24,000 nucleotides of DNA from Bacillus phage MrBubbles. The DNA is taken from the sequence record OM350013.1; one strand, 5' to 3'. This document shows positions 1 through 7,563 of this stretch, piece by piece (the stretch's first letter is position 1; the number at the start of each line of letters is the position of its first letter). The notes under the pieces are model-generated. The model made no database searches, was not told where the DNA came from, and saw nothing but the letters and a program-made list of their open reading frames with translations. The translations under genes were made by a program, and so were the position numbers.

Positions 1-2
1 AA

Positions 3-593
3 CAATGGTTCTTTGCTAAGAAGTCTAGTTGGACTAAGAATGGATGGACTATTACATCTCGTTCTAACGTTAAGGACTTCTTCTGTGAGGAAGCAGATTG
101 GGGATGTGTACAGGACTTTACTGTCTTTGAAAAGATGATGAACTCGTCTACAGAAGTAAGTGAAGTTAAGATTTGGGAGCCGGAGTACTACGAGATTGGT
201 GTGGAAGAGATTATGTCCTATCTCGCTGCGTATGAAGGTTATCGTAGCGCAGACTCATTCGCATTCCATCTAGAAGGACCAGAATCAGCTAAGTATCACT
301 ATAGAGTAGAACGTAGACAGAAGTACCAGTATACGATTAGACATAAGGATTCACCTCAAGAACCTGAGTATGAGTATGCAATCTGTAAGACTCGTGTTCT
401 AGGTGGGCATGAAAGTATGGGATGTACGTACTCATTAACAGAGAATGCACTTCGGGAGAAACTAGCAAATGAGTACAAGCCATATATGTTATTAGTTCGT
501 CACGCGTCAGGTAACCCGTTCAAAGTTTATGGTGGTAGTAAAGAAAGAAACAAGCAATTAGCAGAAGAAACAGGCGCTAACAGCCAATACTAA
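3..593 (+). CDS. hypothetical protein, 5'-truncated by window edge
   Basis: The frame of the listed ORF 135..593 is open back to base 3 (QWFFAKKSSWTKNGWTITSRSNVKDFFCEEADWGC...), so the true start is probably upstream of the window. Confidence 0.8.
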   Translation, partial: QWFFAKKSSWTKNGWTITSRSNVKDFFCEEADWGCVQDFTVFEKMMNSSTEVSEVKIWEPEYYEIGVEEIMSYLAAYEGYRSADSFAFHLEGPESAKYHYRVERRQKYQYTIRHKDSPQEPEYEYAICKTRVLGGHESMGCTYSLTENALREKLANEYKPYMLLVRHASGNPFKVYGGSKERNKQLAEETGANSQY

Positions 594-613
594 ATTAAAG
601 GGAGAGATTTATA

Positions 614-1036
614 ATGATTCAAACTAAACAAGATGCTAAGATTGTAGGAATGCAGACTAATATTAAACACAAATTAAACGCTATCGAGCTAGCTTTATCT
701 AATGTGCCAGACTTTAAGACTCCATGCAGTCTTACATTATACGGGGAGAAATTAAACTTCCATACACTATCAGTTGATAAGCTGCGTGAGGTGCAGGTAC
801 AGCTTAACATGCATAAACTATCAGCGAAAGATTTAGGCGTAGAGTACTCGTACAAGTTTGCTGGATTCCCTATTATGGAATGGATGCAAGATATCGCGAC
901 TATCATTAATAAGCACAACCTTAAGAAGGAACGTGAGGAGCTAGAGGTGGGCTCTAAGGAAATCGATGGTATGTTATCGGAAGAAATGAAAGCAGACCGT
1001 AAACTAGGAGACATTGCTGCTAAGTTAGGAATTTAA
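614..1036 (+). CDS. hypothetical protein
   Basis: 140 aa ORF, upstream AAAGGGAGAG RBS, followed by a strong terminator. Confidence 0.85.
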   Translation: MIQTKQDAKIVGMQTNIKHKLNAIELALSNVPDFKTPCSLTLYGEKLNFHTLSVDKLREVQVQLNMHKLSAKDLGVEYSYKFAGFPIMEWMQDIATIINKHNLKKEREELEVGSKEIDGMLSEEMKADRKLGDIAAKLGI

Positions 1037-1043
1037 TATGGTT

Positions 1044-1084
1044 GTAGTAGCTCACTAGAAATAGTGGGCTATTTTTTTTTTTTT
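1044..1084 (+). terminator. intrinsic terminator
   Basis: TAGCTCACTA-GAAA-TAGTGGGCTA (10-bp stem, one G-U pair) followed by 13 T. Confidence 0.93.
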
Positions 1085-1093
1085 ATAAAAGTG

Positions 1094-1122
1094 TTGCAAT
1101 CTAGTTTTACCTATGATAAGAT
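1094..1122 (+). promoter_or_regulatory. promoter
   Basis: TTGCAA-17 nt-TAAGAT followed by AGTTAAGAG, as in the other family members. Confidence 0.7.
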
Positions 1123-1167
1123 AAAGACAAGTTAAGAGAACAACAAATTACTAGGGGGAATTAAATC

Positions 1168-1779
1168 ATGAAAGCAAAACACATTTTTGACAGAGTTGAT
1201 AGAAGCAAAGGTAATGAGGGTTGGTTAAGCTTAGAGGACGTTGCTAGTGAGTTTCAAATATGGGAAGGTTATATACCAGAACCAGAAGATTGCAGAATTA
1301 AAGTTTACTGGTTAGGTAGCTGGTACTGCACAGACACAGTTGTAGGTTTCCAAGTTTACTTCTTCGATGATAGACCGATGGCATTCACTACTCAATACGG
1401 ACGTAAAAGCGAGGAGAACTGGTATTGGGCAAGTCAAGAAGTTGCGGAAGATGTTAAAGAATACATCAAGTCTCTTTTAGTAGAAGAGGAAGATGAAGTA
1501 AGTGTAAATTTGTTTAACTGGGAAGAGGAGATTGGTGAGGGTTATCGCATCAACTTCAGTGGTCAGTTATTCGGAGGCGAACACAGAGCTACCCATGAAG
1601 GAAGAGATATCACGATTAAAGAAAGATTGAAGCACACGGAGCTGCGTATTGACACAGATTTAATTATCGAGTATAATGACACGAAGGAGCAAGCTCGGGT
1701 CAGTATTCGAGACCTCTTGTTCAAATTTAACTTAGTAGAGGAAGATGAGGAATGTTTAAGTTTAGAAAAGGATTCGTAA
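1168..1779 (+). CDS. hypothetical acidic protein
   Basis: 203 aa ORF downstream of promoter, RBS AGGGGGAA. Confidence 0.88.
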   Translation: MKAKHIFDRVDRSKGNEGWLSLEDVASEFQIWEGYIPEPEDCRIKVYWLGSWYCTDTVVGFQVYFFDDRPMAFTTQYGRKSEENWYWASQEVAEDVKEYIKSLLVEEEDEVSVNLFNWEEEIGEGYRINFSGQLFGGEHRATHEGRDITIKERLKHTELRIDTDLIIEYNDTKEQARVSIRDLLFKFNLVEEDEECLSLEKDS

Positions 1780-2309
1780 ACTTCACTTTAAAATCAACGG
1801 TAGTTATTACAACTTTAGTGGTAGGTGTTTATGTATACTCAACAAATGGAGGGTCTGCACAGACACTAATACCACATGATGCTGGTGACACGGTAGACAC
1901 AGCTTACAGTGAATCATTAAGAAAGAAGAATCAAACAGTACACGAAAATAATGAAGCAATACAGAAAGCAGAGAACCTGATTGCTGAAGTAAACAACACA
2001 AGGGTATTCGAGGATGCACTCAACGATGACAGGAAGCCAGAAGCAAAGAAGTACAATATTGAATGGATTGTAAAGGATGAGAACACAGTCCAGTTAGCGA
2101 TTAACTTCCGAGCTGTAGAACGGATTGACGGTATTAAGCCAATCATCCACAAAGAGTATGCAGCAGCTGTAGCGAAAGATGTATCATACGTGTTAGATGA
2201 AATGAATGACCGTTTCCACGGAGGAAAAGCGAAGACACATCAAATCACATTACAAATCATTAATGAAACTGGAGATGTAATGGCGGAGATGGGGAATGGA
2301 GTGAAGTAA
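1752..2309 (+). CDS. hypothetical protein with N-terminal transmembrane/signal-anchor segment
   Basis: 185 aa ORF; N-terminus FKFRKGFVNFTLKSTVVITTLVVGVYVY, remainder hydrophilic. Confidence 0.82.
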   Translation: MFKFRKGFVNFTLKSTVVITTLVVGVYVYSTNGGSAQTLIPHDAGDTVDTAYSESLRKKNQTVHENNEAIQKAENLIAEVNNTRVFEDALNDDRKPEAKKYNIEWIVKDENTVQLAINFRAVERIDGIKPIIHKEYAAAVAKDVSYVLDEMNDRFHGGKAKTHQITLQIINETGDVMAEMGNGVK

Positions 2310-2494
2310 TGAGCACGTTATATCCTATGTCGTCTATCGGGTGTTCAAGGGAAGAGGCTATAATGTTCTGTGTACAAATGAATCGGGTAACCCAGCTAGG
2401 GCTGCCCGATAACTTTGAAGAATATACAGACAGAGGGATTATCCACTTATATAACTATTTTAGAGCGGTAAAAGAAAGGATGGACAAGCAATGA
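2309..2494 (+). CDS. hypothetical protein
   Basis: 61 aa ORF, overlapping start/stop with both neighbours. Confidence 0.7.
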   Translation: MSTLYPMSSIGCSREEAIMFCVQMNRVTQLGLPDNFEEYTDRGIIHLYNYFRAVKERMDKQ

Positions 2495-2865
2495 GTGAAC
2501 TTAAATATTTCACATGCACAATGACAGCAGAAATTACTAGAACTGTAGAAGCGCGTGACAAGGAGCATGCGCTAGAGATTGTCGATGAAAATGATATGAT
2601 GTACGAACTGAAGAACTTTAAGACGGATTACGAGATGAGCGCTAAAGAACTAGGAGTTATTTCTAAGATTAATTACCAAGAGAAGATGTTCATCGTCCAT
2701 AACATGTTTGCACATCTTGTTAATGGTACACCAGTGAAAGTTACAAGAGAGCATTTAGAGGTGTTCCAACGAGCGTATGATGCCATGTCAACAGGTGTTA
2801 GACTAAATATACTAGAGTTAGAGAATAGTAATAAAGTGATTGTATCTTTAGGGAGGGCTGTGTAA
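2491..2865 (+). CDS. hypothetical protein
   Basis: 124 aa ORF in coupled cluster. Confidence 0.85.
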   Translation: MSELKYFTCTMTAEITRTVEARDKEHALEIVDENDMMYELKNFKTDYEMSAKELGVISKINYQEKMFIVHNMFAHLVNGTPVKVTREHLEVFQRAYDAMSTGVRLNILELENSNKVIVSLGRAV

Positions 2866-3035
2866 TGGTTTACATTGATTTAAAAGAGGATGGTCAAGGT
2901 AGTTTCTTTAGTGATATTGATGAGTTTATCGATAGTTTACCTTTAGACGCACAAGAGGCTGTTAGAGAATTAGTGGATGATGCTATTGACGAGGCTACAA
3001 CACCATACATTAATATGACGGGGGTAATGTTATAA
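2865..3035 (+). CDS. hypothetical acidic protein (56 aa), not in the supplied ORF track
   Basis: MVYIDLKEDGQGSFFSDIDEFIDSLPLDAQEAVRELVDDAIDEATTPYINMTGVML; RBS GGGAGGG; fills the gap between coupled genes with TAATG-type overlaps. Confidence 0.8.
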   Translation: MVYIDLKEDGQGSFFSDIDEFIDSLPLDAQEAVRELVDDAIDEATTPYINMTGVML

Positions 3036-3382
3036 TGACAAAACTAGTAAATGTAGGACACGTGAACGCGATTATGAGTATCTATGAAAAGTTACTATCT
3101 TTACCAGATTGGGAGTATAAGGAATGGGACAAGCTGCGTGAGAAACTTAAAAACTCTGTCGCACATATGGACAAGCATGCGATAGATTTACCTTGCACAG
3201 TTAAGGAGTTAGAGCTGTCTATTGAGCCCGTACAGAACATTGTAAGTTTCTTTGATGATTGGATTGAGGATGACACTAGAAGAGGTATAACGAGTCGAGA
3301 GGTGTTTCTAGATAAACTAGCTGATGAGGCTAATGACCTGCATGTTGTCCATGTAAACAACATTCCAAGGGATGAGTTCTAA
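3035..3382 (+). CDS. hypothetical protein
   Basis: 115 aa ORF in coupled cluster. Confidence 0.85.
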   Translation: MTKLVNVGHVNAIMSIYEKLLSLPDWEYKEWDKLREKLKNSVAHMDKHAIDLPCTVKELELSIEPVQNIVSFFDDWIEDDTRRGITSREVFLDKLADEANDLHVVHVNNIPRDEF

Positions 3383-3615
3383 TGGAGACTCTATTCAAGA
3401 AGGAGATACCGCAGGTACCTAATATGTTTTATAGAGGGGTAACAAAGAAACCGTTCGACTTCTACACAGTCATTACTTATAACGGTTATGACATACAGAA
3501 GAAAGAACATATTGATAAAGTAATAGAGTTAAGTGTGAAGGGGTATCACAAAGACTATATATTATATGCTTTTTTCTTATTCGTAGAGGAGGAGAATTAC
3601 AATGACGTACCGTGA
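3382..3615 (+). CDS. hypothetical protein
   Basis: 77 aa ORF; its 3' end lies in the 91-bp duplicated unit. Confidence 0.75.
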   Translation: METLFKKEIPQVPNMFYRGVTKKPFDFYTVITYNGYDIQKKEHIDKVIELSVKGYHKDYILYAFFLFVEEENYNDVP

Positions 3616-3758
3616 TAGAATGTATCAACGTTGGGAGAAAGAGGACGATGCTTATTACCGTAGGCACTTATTCGTAGAGGAGGAGAATTACAATGACGTA
3701 CCGTGATAGAATGTATCAACGTTGGGAGAAAGAGGACGATGCTTATTACCGTAGGCAC
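3576..3758 (+). repeat. exact 91-bp tandem duplication (about 2.01 copies)
   Basis: 3576-3667 is identical to 3667-3758: CTTATTCGTAGAGGAGGAGAATTACAATGACGTACC...TAGGCAC. Confidence 0.97.
3602..3706 (+). CDS. possible chimeric 34-aa mini-ORF created by tandem duplication
   Basis: MTYRDRMYQRWEKEDDAYYRRHLFVEEENYNDVP; has its own GGAGGAG RBS; N-part from ORF 3693..3971, C-part from ORF 3382..3615. Confidence 0.4.
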   Translation: MTYRDRMYQRWEKEDDAYYRRHLFVEEENYNDVP

Positions 3759-3971
3759 GTACTCGATGAGACTGTTAAGTCTTACGATATTGGGGGCGTG
3801 TTCGCGCTAGTGTTGTCTGCGGATGATACGAATCTACAAGGTTACTATAAAAGTCATTCTAGCAATATGACATTCCAACTAGAATGCGAGGGGCTCACTA
3901 GAGGGAAGATTATTAGAATGATGTGGGACAAGGCTAGAGCTATTAAACCAGAACTGGAGGCGGCACAATGA
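3693..3971 (+). CDS. hypothetical protein
   Basis: 92 aa ORF with GGAGGAG RBS. Confidence 0.83.
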   Translation: MTYRDRMYQRWEKEDDAYYRRHVLDETVKSYDIGGVFALVLSADDTNLQGYYKSHSSNMTFQLECEGLTRGKIIRMMWDKARAIKPELEAAQ

Positions 3972-4204
3972 AACAGCAGCAATTAGAAGAGCAGGTAAGA
4001 AAATTAGAATCTCAAGTAGCTTACTACGAAATGACCCTAAAGAATATCGCTAGACGTGATAAGACGATTTTGAGCGAATTAGCTGTACGTAAGTTTACAG
4101 GATGGGCGGTATCTACTAGAGAGAGTTATCTAGAAGTTATACACATGGCTACTGACACATTACACGAGTATGGGGTTAAAGTTAGGAAGAGTGATAAACT
4201 ATGA
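3968..4204 (+). CDS. hypothetical coiled-coil-like protein
   Basis: 78 aa ORF, ATGA overlap with upstream stop. Confidence 0.8.
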   Translation: MKQQQLEEQVRKLESQVAYYEMTLKNIARRDKTILSELAVRKFTGWAVSTRESYLEVIHMATDTLHEYGVKVRKSDKL

Positions 4205-4500
4205 AAAAGTTGTTGACTTTACTAGTTTTGTGTGCTACACTGTTAATAGGTTGTGAGACTGATAATTATGTAACTACACTTGAGGATGTTAAGGTTGTTG
4301 GTAAGAACTACTCGACAGCTAGAGCTCGTTACAGCACGATTACTGTAGAAGGTACAGATGTTAAATTGGACCTTAAAATCCAAGACAGCCAATTCAAAGC
4401 TATTCAAGAAGGTTCAACGATTACAGTTAAGTTTGACAACCGCGATATGCTCATCAATCATATAAAGTTCAAGGGGGAAAAGAAGAGTGAGAACAATTAA
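4201..4500 (+). CDS. putative lipoprotein
   Basis: N-terminus MKKLLTLLVLCATLLIGC matches a type II signal peptide with lipobox LIGC. Confidence 0.88.
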   Translation: MKKLLTLLVLCATLLIGCETDNYVTTLEDVKVVGKNYSTARARYSTITVEGTDVKLDLKIQDSQFKAIQEGSTITVKFDNRDMLINHIKFKGEKKSENN

Positions 4501-5545
4501 TGGCGGTCAGTTATACAAGGTAAAGAATATGGGTTTAATGTTGACGATGTTTGACGAATCTTTCATGCCAATTACTTATGCTGTTCAAGAAGAAGTTTCG
4601 GAGTACGATATGTACGAAAAGGTAGATGAGTGCAAGATTGGGGTAACGCTGCGACACGTGCAACTAGACTTCGAGATTACTATTACGATGGACCAACTTG
4701 TAACTTACTTCGAACCGTTTAATAGTCATGAAGTAGTCCTAAGACCTGTAGTTGGACGGAATATTATAATCCAGTATTTGAAGGACGAGCTGTCAGTTGA
4801 TGACATTGATTTTGGTACAGGATTCCTTATCAAGGTTGATAGACACTCATTCGACGCAGATGACGATGATGTAGTCGTTAGGATACAGTATGCGAAAACA
4901 GGATTTAGATTCCGTCAGTTCGTAACAATTGCAAGAGTTATGGAGATGAAGTCTCTATTGTCTATGTTCAATAACCCTAGAAATCGTTATATCTCTGATA
5001 TGAACCTATTTGATAGAGTTATTATTGATGAGCATAGAGACTATCGTTATTTCTATGGGTACTCAACAGCTGAAGGGTATTGTAGAACTATCCGTAAAAA
5101 CATCGATAAACAGGAGTTTGTTTTAGACAGAGAGAACGTGTCAACTGTAGTAGAGTTCAGTAGTATTAACATCTATTTTAATAGTGATGAGTTAGAAGTA
5201 ACATACACTAAAGGTGTGAAAGAGGAGGAGAAAGAAGTGAGCTCATTCAACGTTATCAGAAAAGACGAGGATTTAGTAGAGTTCCCAGAAACAATCGGTA
5301 AAGGGTTAGTTGTAACATTTAAAGCTGGAATTGTACACATGCTAGTGAATAACTTAGCGTTAGTTAAAAACGGCTCTTTCTCTGTTGTTGAGATTAGTCA
5401 ACGAGGCTCACTAGGTGTATGGGGTGCTAAATTTGAGTCTATTGCAGACTACAAGAAAGGTATTAAAGGTTTAGGAATTAAAGTAATAGACATAGAAGAA
5501 ATTAATGATTACTCTCTAGTAAATAAAGTATTGCTAAATAAATAG
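4487..5545 (+). CDS. hypothetical protein (352 aa)
   Basis: Longest ORF in the window; GTG start overlapping the upstream gene. Confidence 0.87.
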   Translation: MRTINGGQLYKVKNMGLMLTMFDESFMPITYAVQEEVSEYDMYEKVDECKIGVTLRHVQLDFEITITMDQLVTYFEPFNSHEVVLRPVVGRNIIIQYLKDELSVDDIDFGTGFLIKVDRHSFDADDDDVVVRIQYAKTGFRFRQFVTIARVMEMKSLLSMFNNPRNRYISDMNLFDRVIIDEHRDYRYFYGYSTAEGYCRTIRKNIDKQEFVLDRENVSTVVEFSSINIYFNSDELEVTYTKGVKEEEKEVSSFNVIRKDEDLVEFPETIGKGLVVTFKAGIVHMLVNNLALVKNGSFSVVEISQRGSLGVWGAKFESIADYKKGIKGLGIKVIDIEEINDYSLVNKVLLNK

Positions 5546-5559
5546 ATTCATGTTATACT
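5531..5559 (+). promoter_or_regulatory. promoter
   Basis: TTGCTA-17 nt-TATACT; about 90 nt leader before next ORF. Confidence 0.6.
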
Positions 5560-5570
5560 AAACTCAAGTT

Positions 5571-5587
5571 ACTAGTAGCTCACTAGG
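5571..5587 (+). repeat. CTAGTAGCTCACTRG element
   Basis: ACTAGTAGCTCACTAGG in the 5' leader. Confidence 0.8.
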
Positions 5588-5650
5588 ATACTGACTAGGC
5601 TCTGTTCTGGTGGGTTTGGTACACCAATAAAACTATTAGGAGGAATGGGA

Positions 5651-5947
5651 ATGTTACGAGTTATTACTGAGACAGACCGACAAGAGGCTTTAGTTGAGAA
5701 GGAGCAAGAAGAGTATATTTTAAGTAGCTCACGAGGTGGTATTGGGGTTATCGTCCTAAACAAAGGTGAAATTGTTAAACACGATTGGAAAGAGCTGGAC
5801 AGCTTCGTTAAGTTCGCGGAAGCCTATGTAACTGATGATGAGATTGACGAAATGGTAGGGTACGACTTCTCGTTTGTTGAAGTTAAGTTCGTCTATTCTT
5901 ACGAAAACTACGAGAAGTTCTTGACAGACCGAGGTGTCACTGTATGA
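5651..5947 (+). CDS. hypothetical protein
   Basis: Listed from 5645; ATG 5651 has better spacing from TTAGGAGG. Confidence 0.82.
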   Translation: MLRVITETDRQEALVEKEQEEYILSSSRGGIGVIVLNKGEIVKHDWKELDSFVKFAEAYVTDDEIDEMVGYDFSFVEVKFVYSYENYEKFLTDRGVTV

Positions 5948-6237
5948 GTGAACAGTTCAATCTAGACTGGGACCAAGCGAAGAAGTTATTGGAACAAGGA
6001 CATACGGTTGAACATGAATCTTTTAAGGGTAAGGCGTATCTGTACATGATACCTCATAGTAAGTTGTGTACCGCGTTCGGATACGGATATGGTGAGTATG
6101 AAGGAGAGCCAGCTTTTTCTGATACAATTGCAGAGGTGTTACGAGTAGATAAGCGCTTGTATAGTAGCGGTCAAGTTATTAATCTAGGATATGAACCTAG
6201 TAGGTATATTCGTCGCGATGGATGGCGGGTTAAATAA
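5944..6237 (+). CDS. hypothetical small protein, paralog of next gene; DUF2829/Tad2-like layout (hypothesis)
   Basis: WDQAKKLLEQGHTVEHESFKGKAYLYMIP...FGYGYG...LGYEPSRYIRRDGWRVK. Confidence 0.8.
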   Translation: MSEQFNLDWDQAKKLLEQGHTVEHESFKGKAYLYMIPHSKLCTAFGYGYGEYEGEPAFSDTIAEVLRVDKRLYSSGQVINLGYEPSRYIRRDGWRVK

Positions 6238-6256
6238 TTAATAGGGAGCGATTGAC

Positions 6257-6604
6257 ATGGATAACGAAAGATTAATTGGCAGATGGGAGACTCACTACTT
6301 ACGTAAACAGCACGAGGGCGAGAAAGCAATGTGTACATGGTCTCAGGCTCGAGATGCTATGAGAGTAGAAGGTTTAGCGATTAAACTCAATAGCTTTAAA
6401 GAAGGAGAGTACATGTACTACATCAGTGGAGATGACTTTGCTAGAGCGTTTGGGTACGGTAAACGTACAGTATTACACTTTAACGCAACAAGATTCGTAT
6501 CTCAGTGGGCTTTCGTTGACTCTAATCACGATATCCATGTTGGTTTCGAACCTAGTGATTATGATTGTCAGTATATGTGTCAAATTGTTGGGAGGATTAA
6601 ATAA
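6257..6604 (+). CDS. hypothetical small protein, paralog of preceding gene
   Basis: WSQARDAMRVEGLAIKLNSFKEGEYMYYISGDDFARAFGYG...VGFEPSDYD. Confidence 0.82.
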   Translation: MDNERLIGRWETHYLRKQHEGEKAMCTWSQARDAMRVEGLAIKLNSFKEGEYMYYISGDDFARAFGYGKRTVLHFNATRFVSQWAFVDSNHDIHVGFEPSDYDCQYMCQIVGRIK

Positions 6605-6834
6605 TGGCAAAAGAATGGACAGGCTGGGATAAAGAAGAAGAGATTTATAGCGAACAAACAGATGATAAAAATAAATTCACTGTTAAGAAATGTTACAAGG
6701 GTTCGAATCCGTCTTATGTTTTAGAACCGATGTATATGAGCCCTACAGGGTGGAAGAATGGTACGCGTAAAGTGATTGGTGTTAAAGCATTTGAGAGGAT
6801 TCTAAAAGCTGTGGAGAGCTCACTAGTAAACTAG
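6604..6834 (+). CDS. hypothetical protein
   Basis: 76 aa ORF; TAATG overlap upstream; stop lies in a CTAGTAGCTC element. Confidence 0.78.
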   Translation: MAKEWTGWDKEEEIYSEQTDDKNKFTVKKCYKGSNPSYVLEPMYMSPTGWKNGTRKVIGVKAFERILKAVESSLVN

Positions 6835-6840
6835 TAGCTC
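6816..6840 (+). repeat. bulged hairpin containing CTAGTAGCTC element
   Basis: GAGCT(C)ACTAG-TAAA-CTAGTAGCTC. Confidence 0.75.
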
Positions 6841-6858
6841 CCTAGAGAGGATGATAGT

Positions 6859-7311
6859 ATGGCACCTTTATTAGCATTCTTTGGACTGTGTGCAATATAC
6901 TTTATTGTTCATATGTATTCTAATAGTACACCTCCAAAGAATAAGGACAGACGATTAAGTAAGGATATGAATGATGTTGTTCACAAGAAAGACAAAGAAC
7001 GACTAGAAGAGGTTCGACGTGAGACACGTGAGTATCTGCTTAAGAGTAACTATAACCCTAGCAAGCATAAAGCTCCGCTAGGCAGTAAAGGTTACCGAGA
7101 TTCATATAAACCGCCTACGCCGACTAGACCTAAAGATACGCGTAGGAACTGGGATGATAGATACGATATAGACACATTCTTTACATCACCTAATACAGCT
7201 ACACATACCCCTAGTAGCTCACCAGCTCCGAGCTGTGGACGTAGTTATCATGATGACGGTGGTGGTGGAGGCTCCAGTAGCTCCTCAGATTCATGTGGTT
7301 CATTTGACTAG
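6859..7311 (+). CDS. hypothetical membrane-anchored protein with Ser/Gly/Cys-rich C-terminus
   Basis: N-terminal hydrophobic MAPLLAFFGLCAIYFIVHMYS, C-terminal GGGGGSSSSSDSCGSFD. Confidence 0.8.
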   Translation: MAPLLAFFGLCAIYFIVHMYSNSTPPKNKDRRLSKDMNDVVHKKDKERLEEVRRETREYLLKSNYNPSKHKAPLGSKGYRDSYKPPTPTRPKDTRRNWDDRYDIDTFFTSPNTATHTPSSSPAPSCGRSYHDDGGGGGSSSSSDSCGSFD

Positions 7312-7324
7312 TAGCTCACTGGAA
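7308..7324 (+). repeat. CTAGTAGCTCACTRG element
   Basis: CTAGTAGCTCACTGGAA overlapping the stop codon of the preceding ORF. Confidence 0.8.
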
Positions 7325-7366
7325 CAAGTATAGCGCCGACCAAACCTAAAAGTGGTAGTTCAAAAG

Positions 7367-7394
7367 AGTCTGACAATTCTGTCAGGCTTTTTTT
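7367..7394 (+). terminator. intrinsic terminator
   Basis: AGTCTGACA-ATTC-TGTCAGGCT then TTTTTTT. Confidence 0.92.
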
Positions 7395-7501
7395 ATTTAT
7401 TTTAAAACCCTTGTGAACCCTTGGTATGACTGGGTTTGTCTGTGTTTTGTAAATAGTTTCTTCCATTATAGGAAACATAAAAAAGTTATTTAAAATAATG
7501 G

Positions 7502-7531
7502 TTGCATTTTCCTTGTTTACCATGTTACGAT
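7502..7531 (+). promoter_or_regulatory. promoter
   Basis: TTGCAT-17/18-TACGAT, then GAGTTAAACG. Confidence 0.65.
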
Positions 7532-7563
7532 GTTTACAGAGTTAAACGAGAGGAGGGGACAAG

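Noticed and set aside
619-1014. 131-aa minus-strand ORF
   Set aside because: Fully antisense to a well-supported coding ORF with RBS and terminator; no upstream signals.
1807-3363. Minus-strand ORFs 1807..2019, 1931..2152 and 3082..3363
   Set aside because: Antisense shadows of coupled plus-strand genes.
3473-5763. Minus-strand ORFs 3473..3667 and 5572..5763
   Set aside because: They overlap the tandem duplication and leader/plus-strand genes; no promoter or RBS evidence.
6426-6632. Plus-strand ORF of 68 aa in alternate frame
   Set aside because: Nested across the 6257..6604/6604..6834 junction in the wrong frame; the flanking frames are better supported.
5571-7324. tRNA-like D-arm interpretation of TAGTAGCTCACT (resembles TAGCTCAGT)
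   Set aside because: No acceptor stem, anticodon arm or GGTTCRA T-arm could be arranged around any copy.
7308-7523. 71-aa minus-strand ORF
   Set aside because: Runs through the strong plus-strand terminator at 7367-7394 and has no initiation signals.
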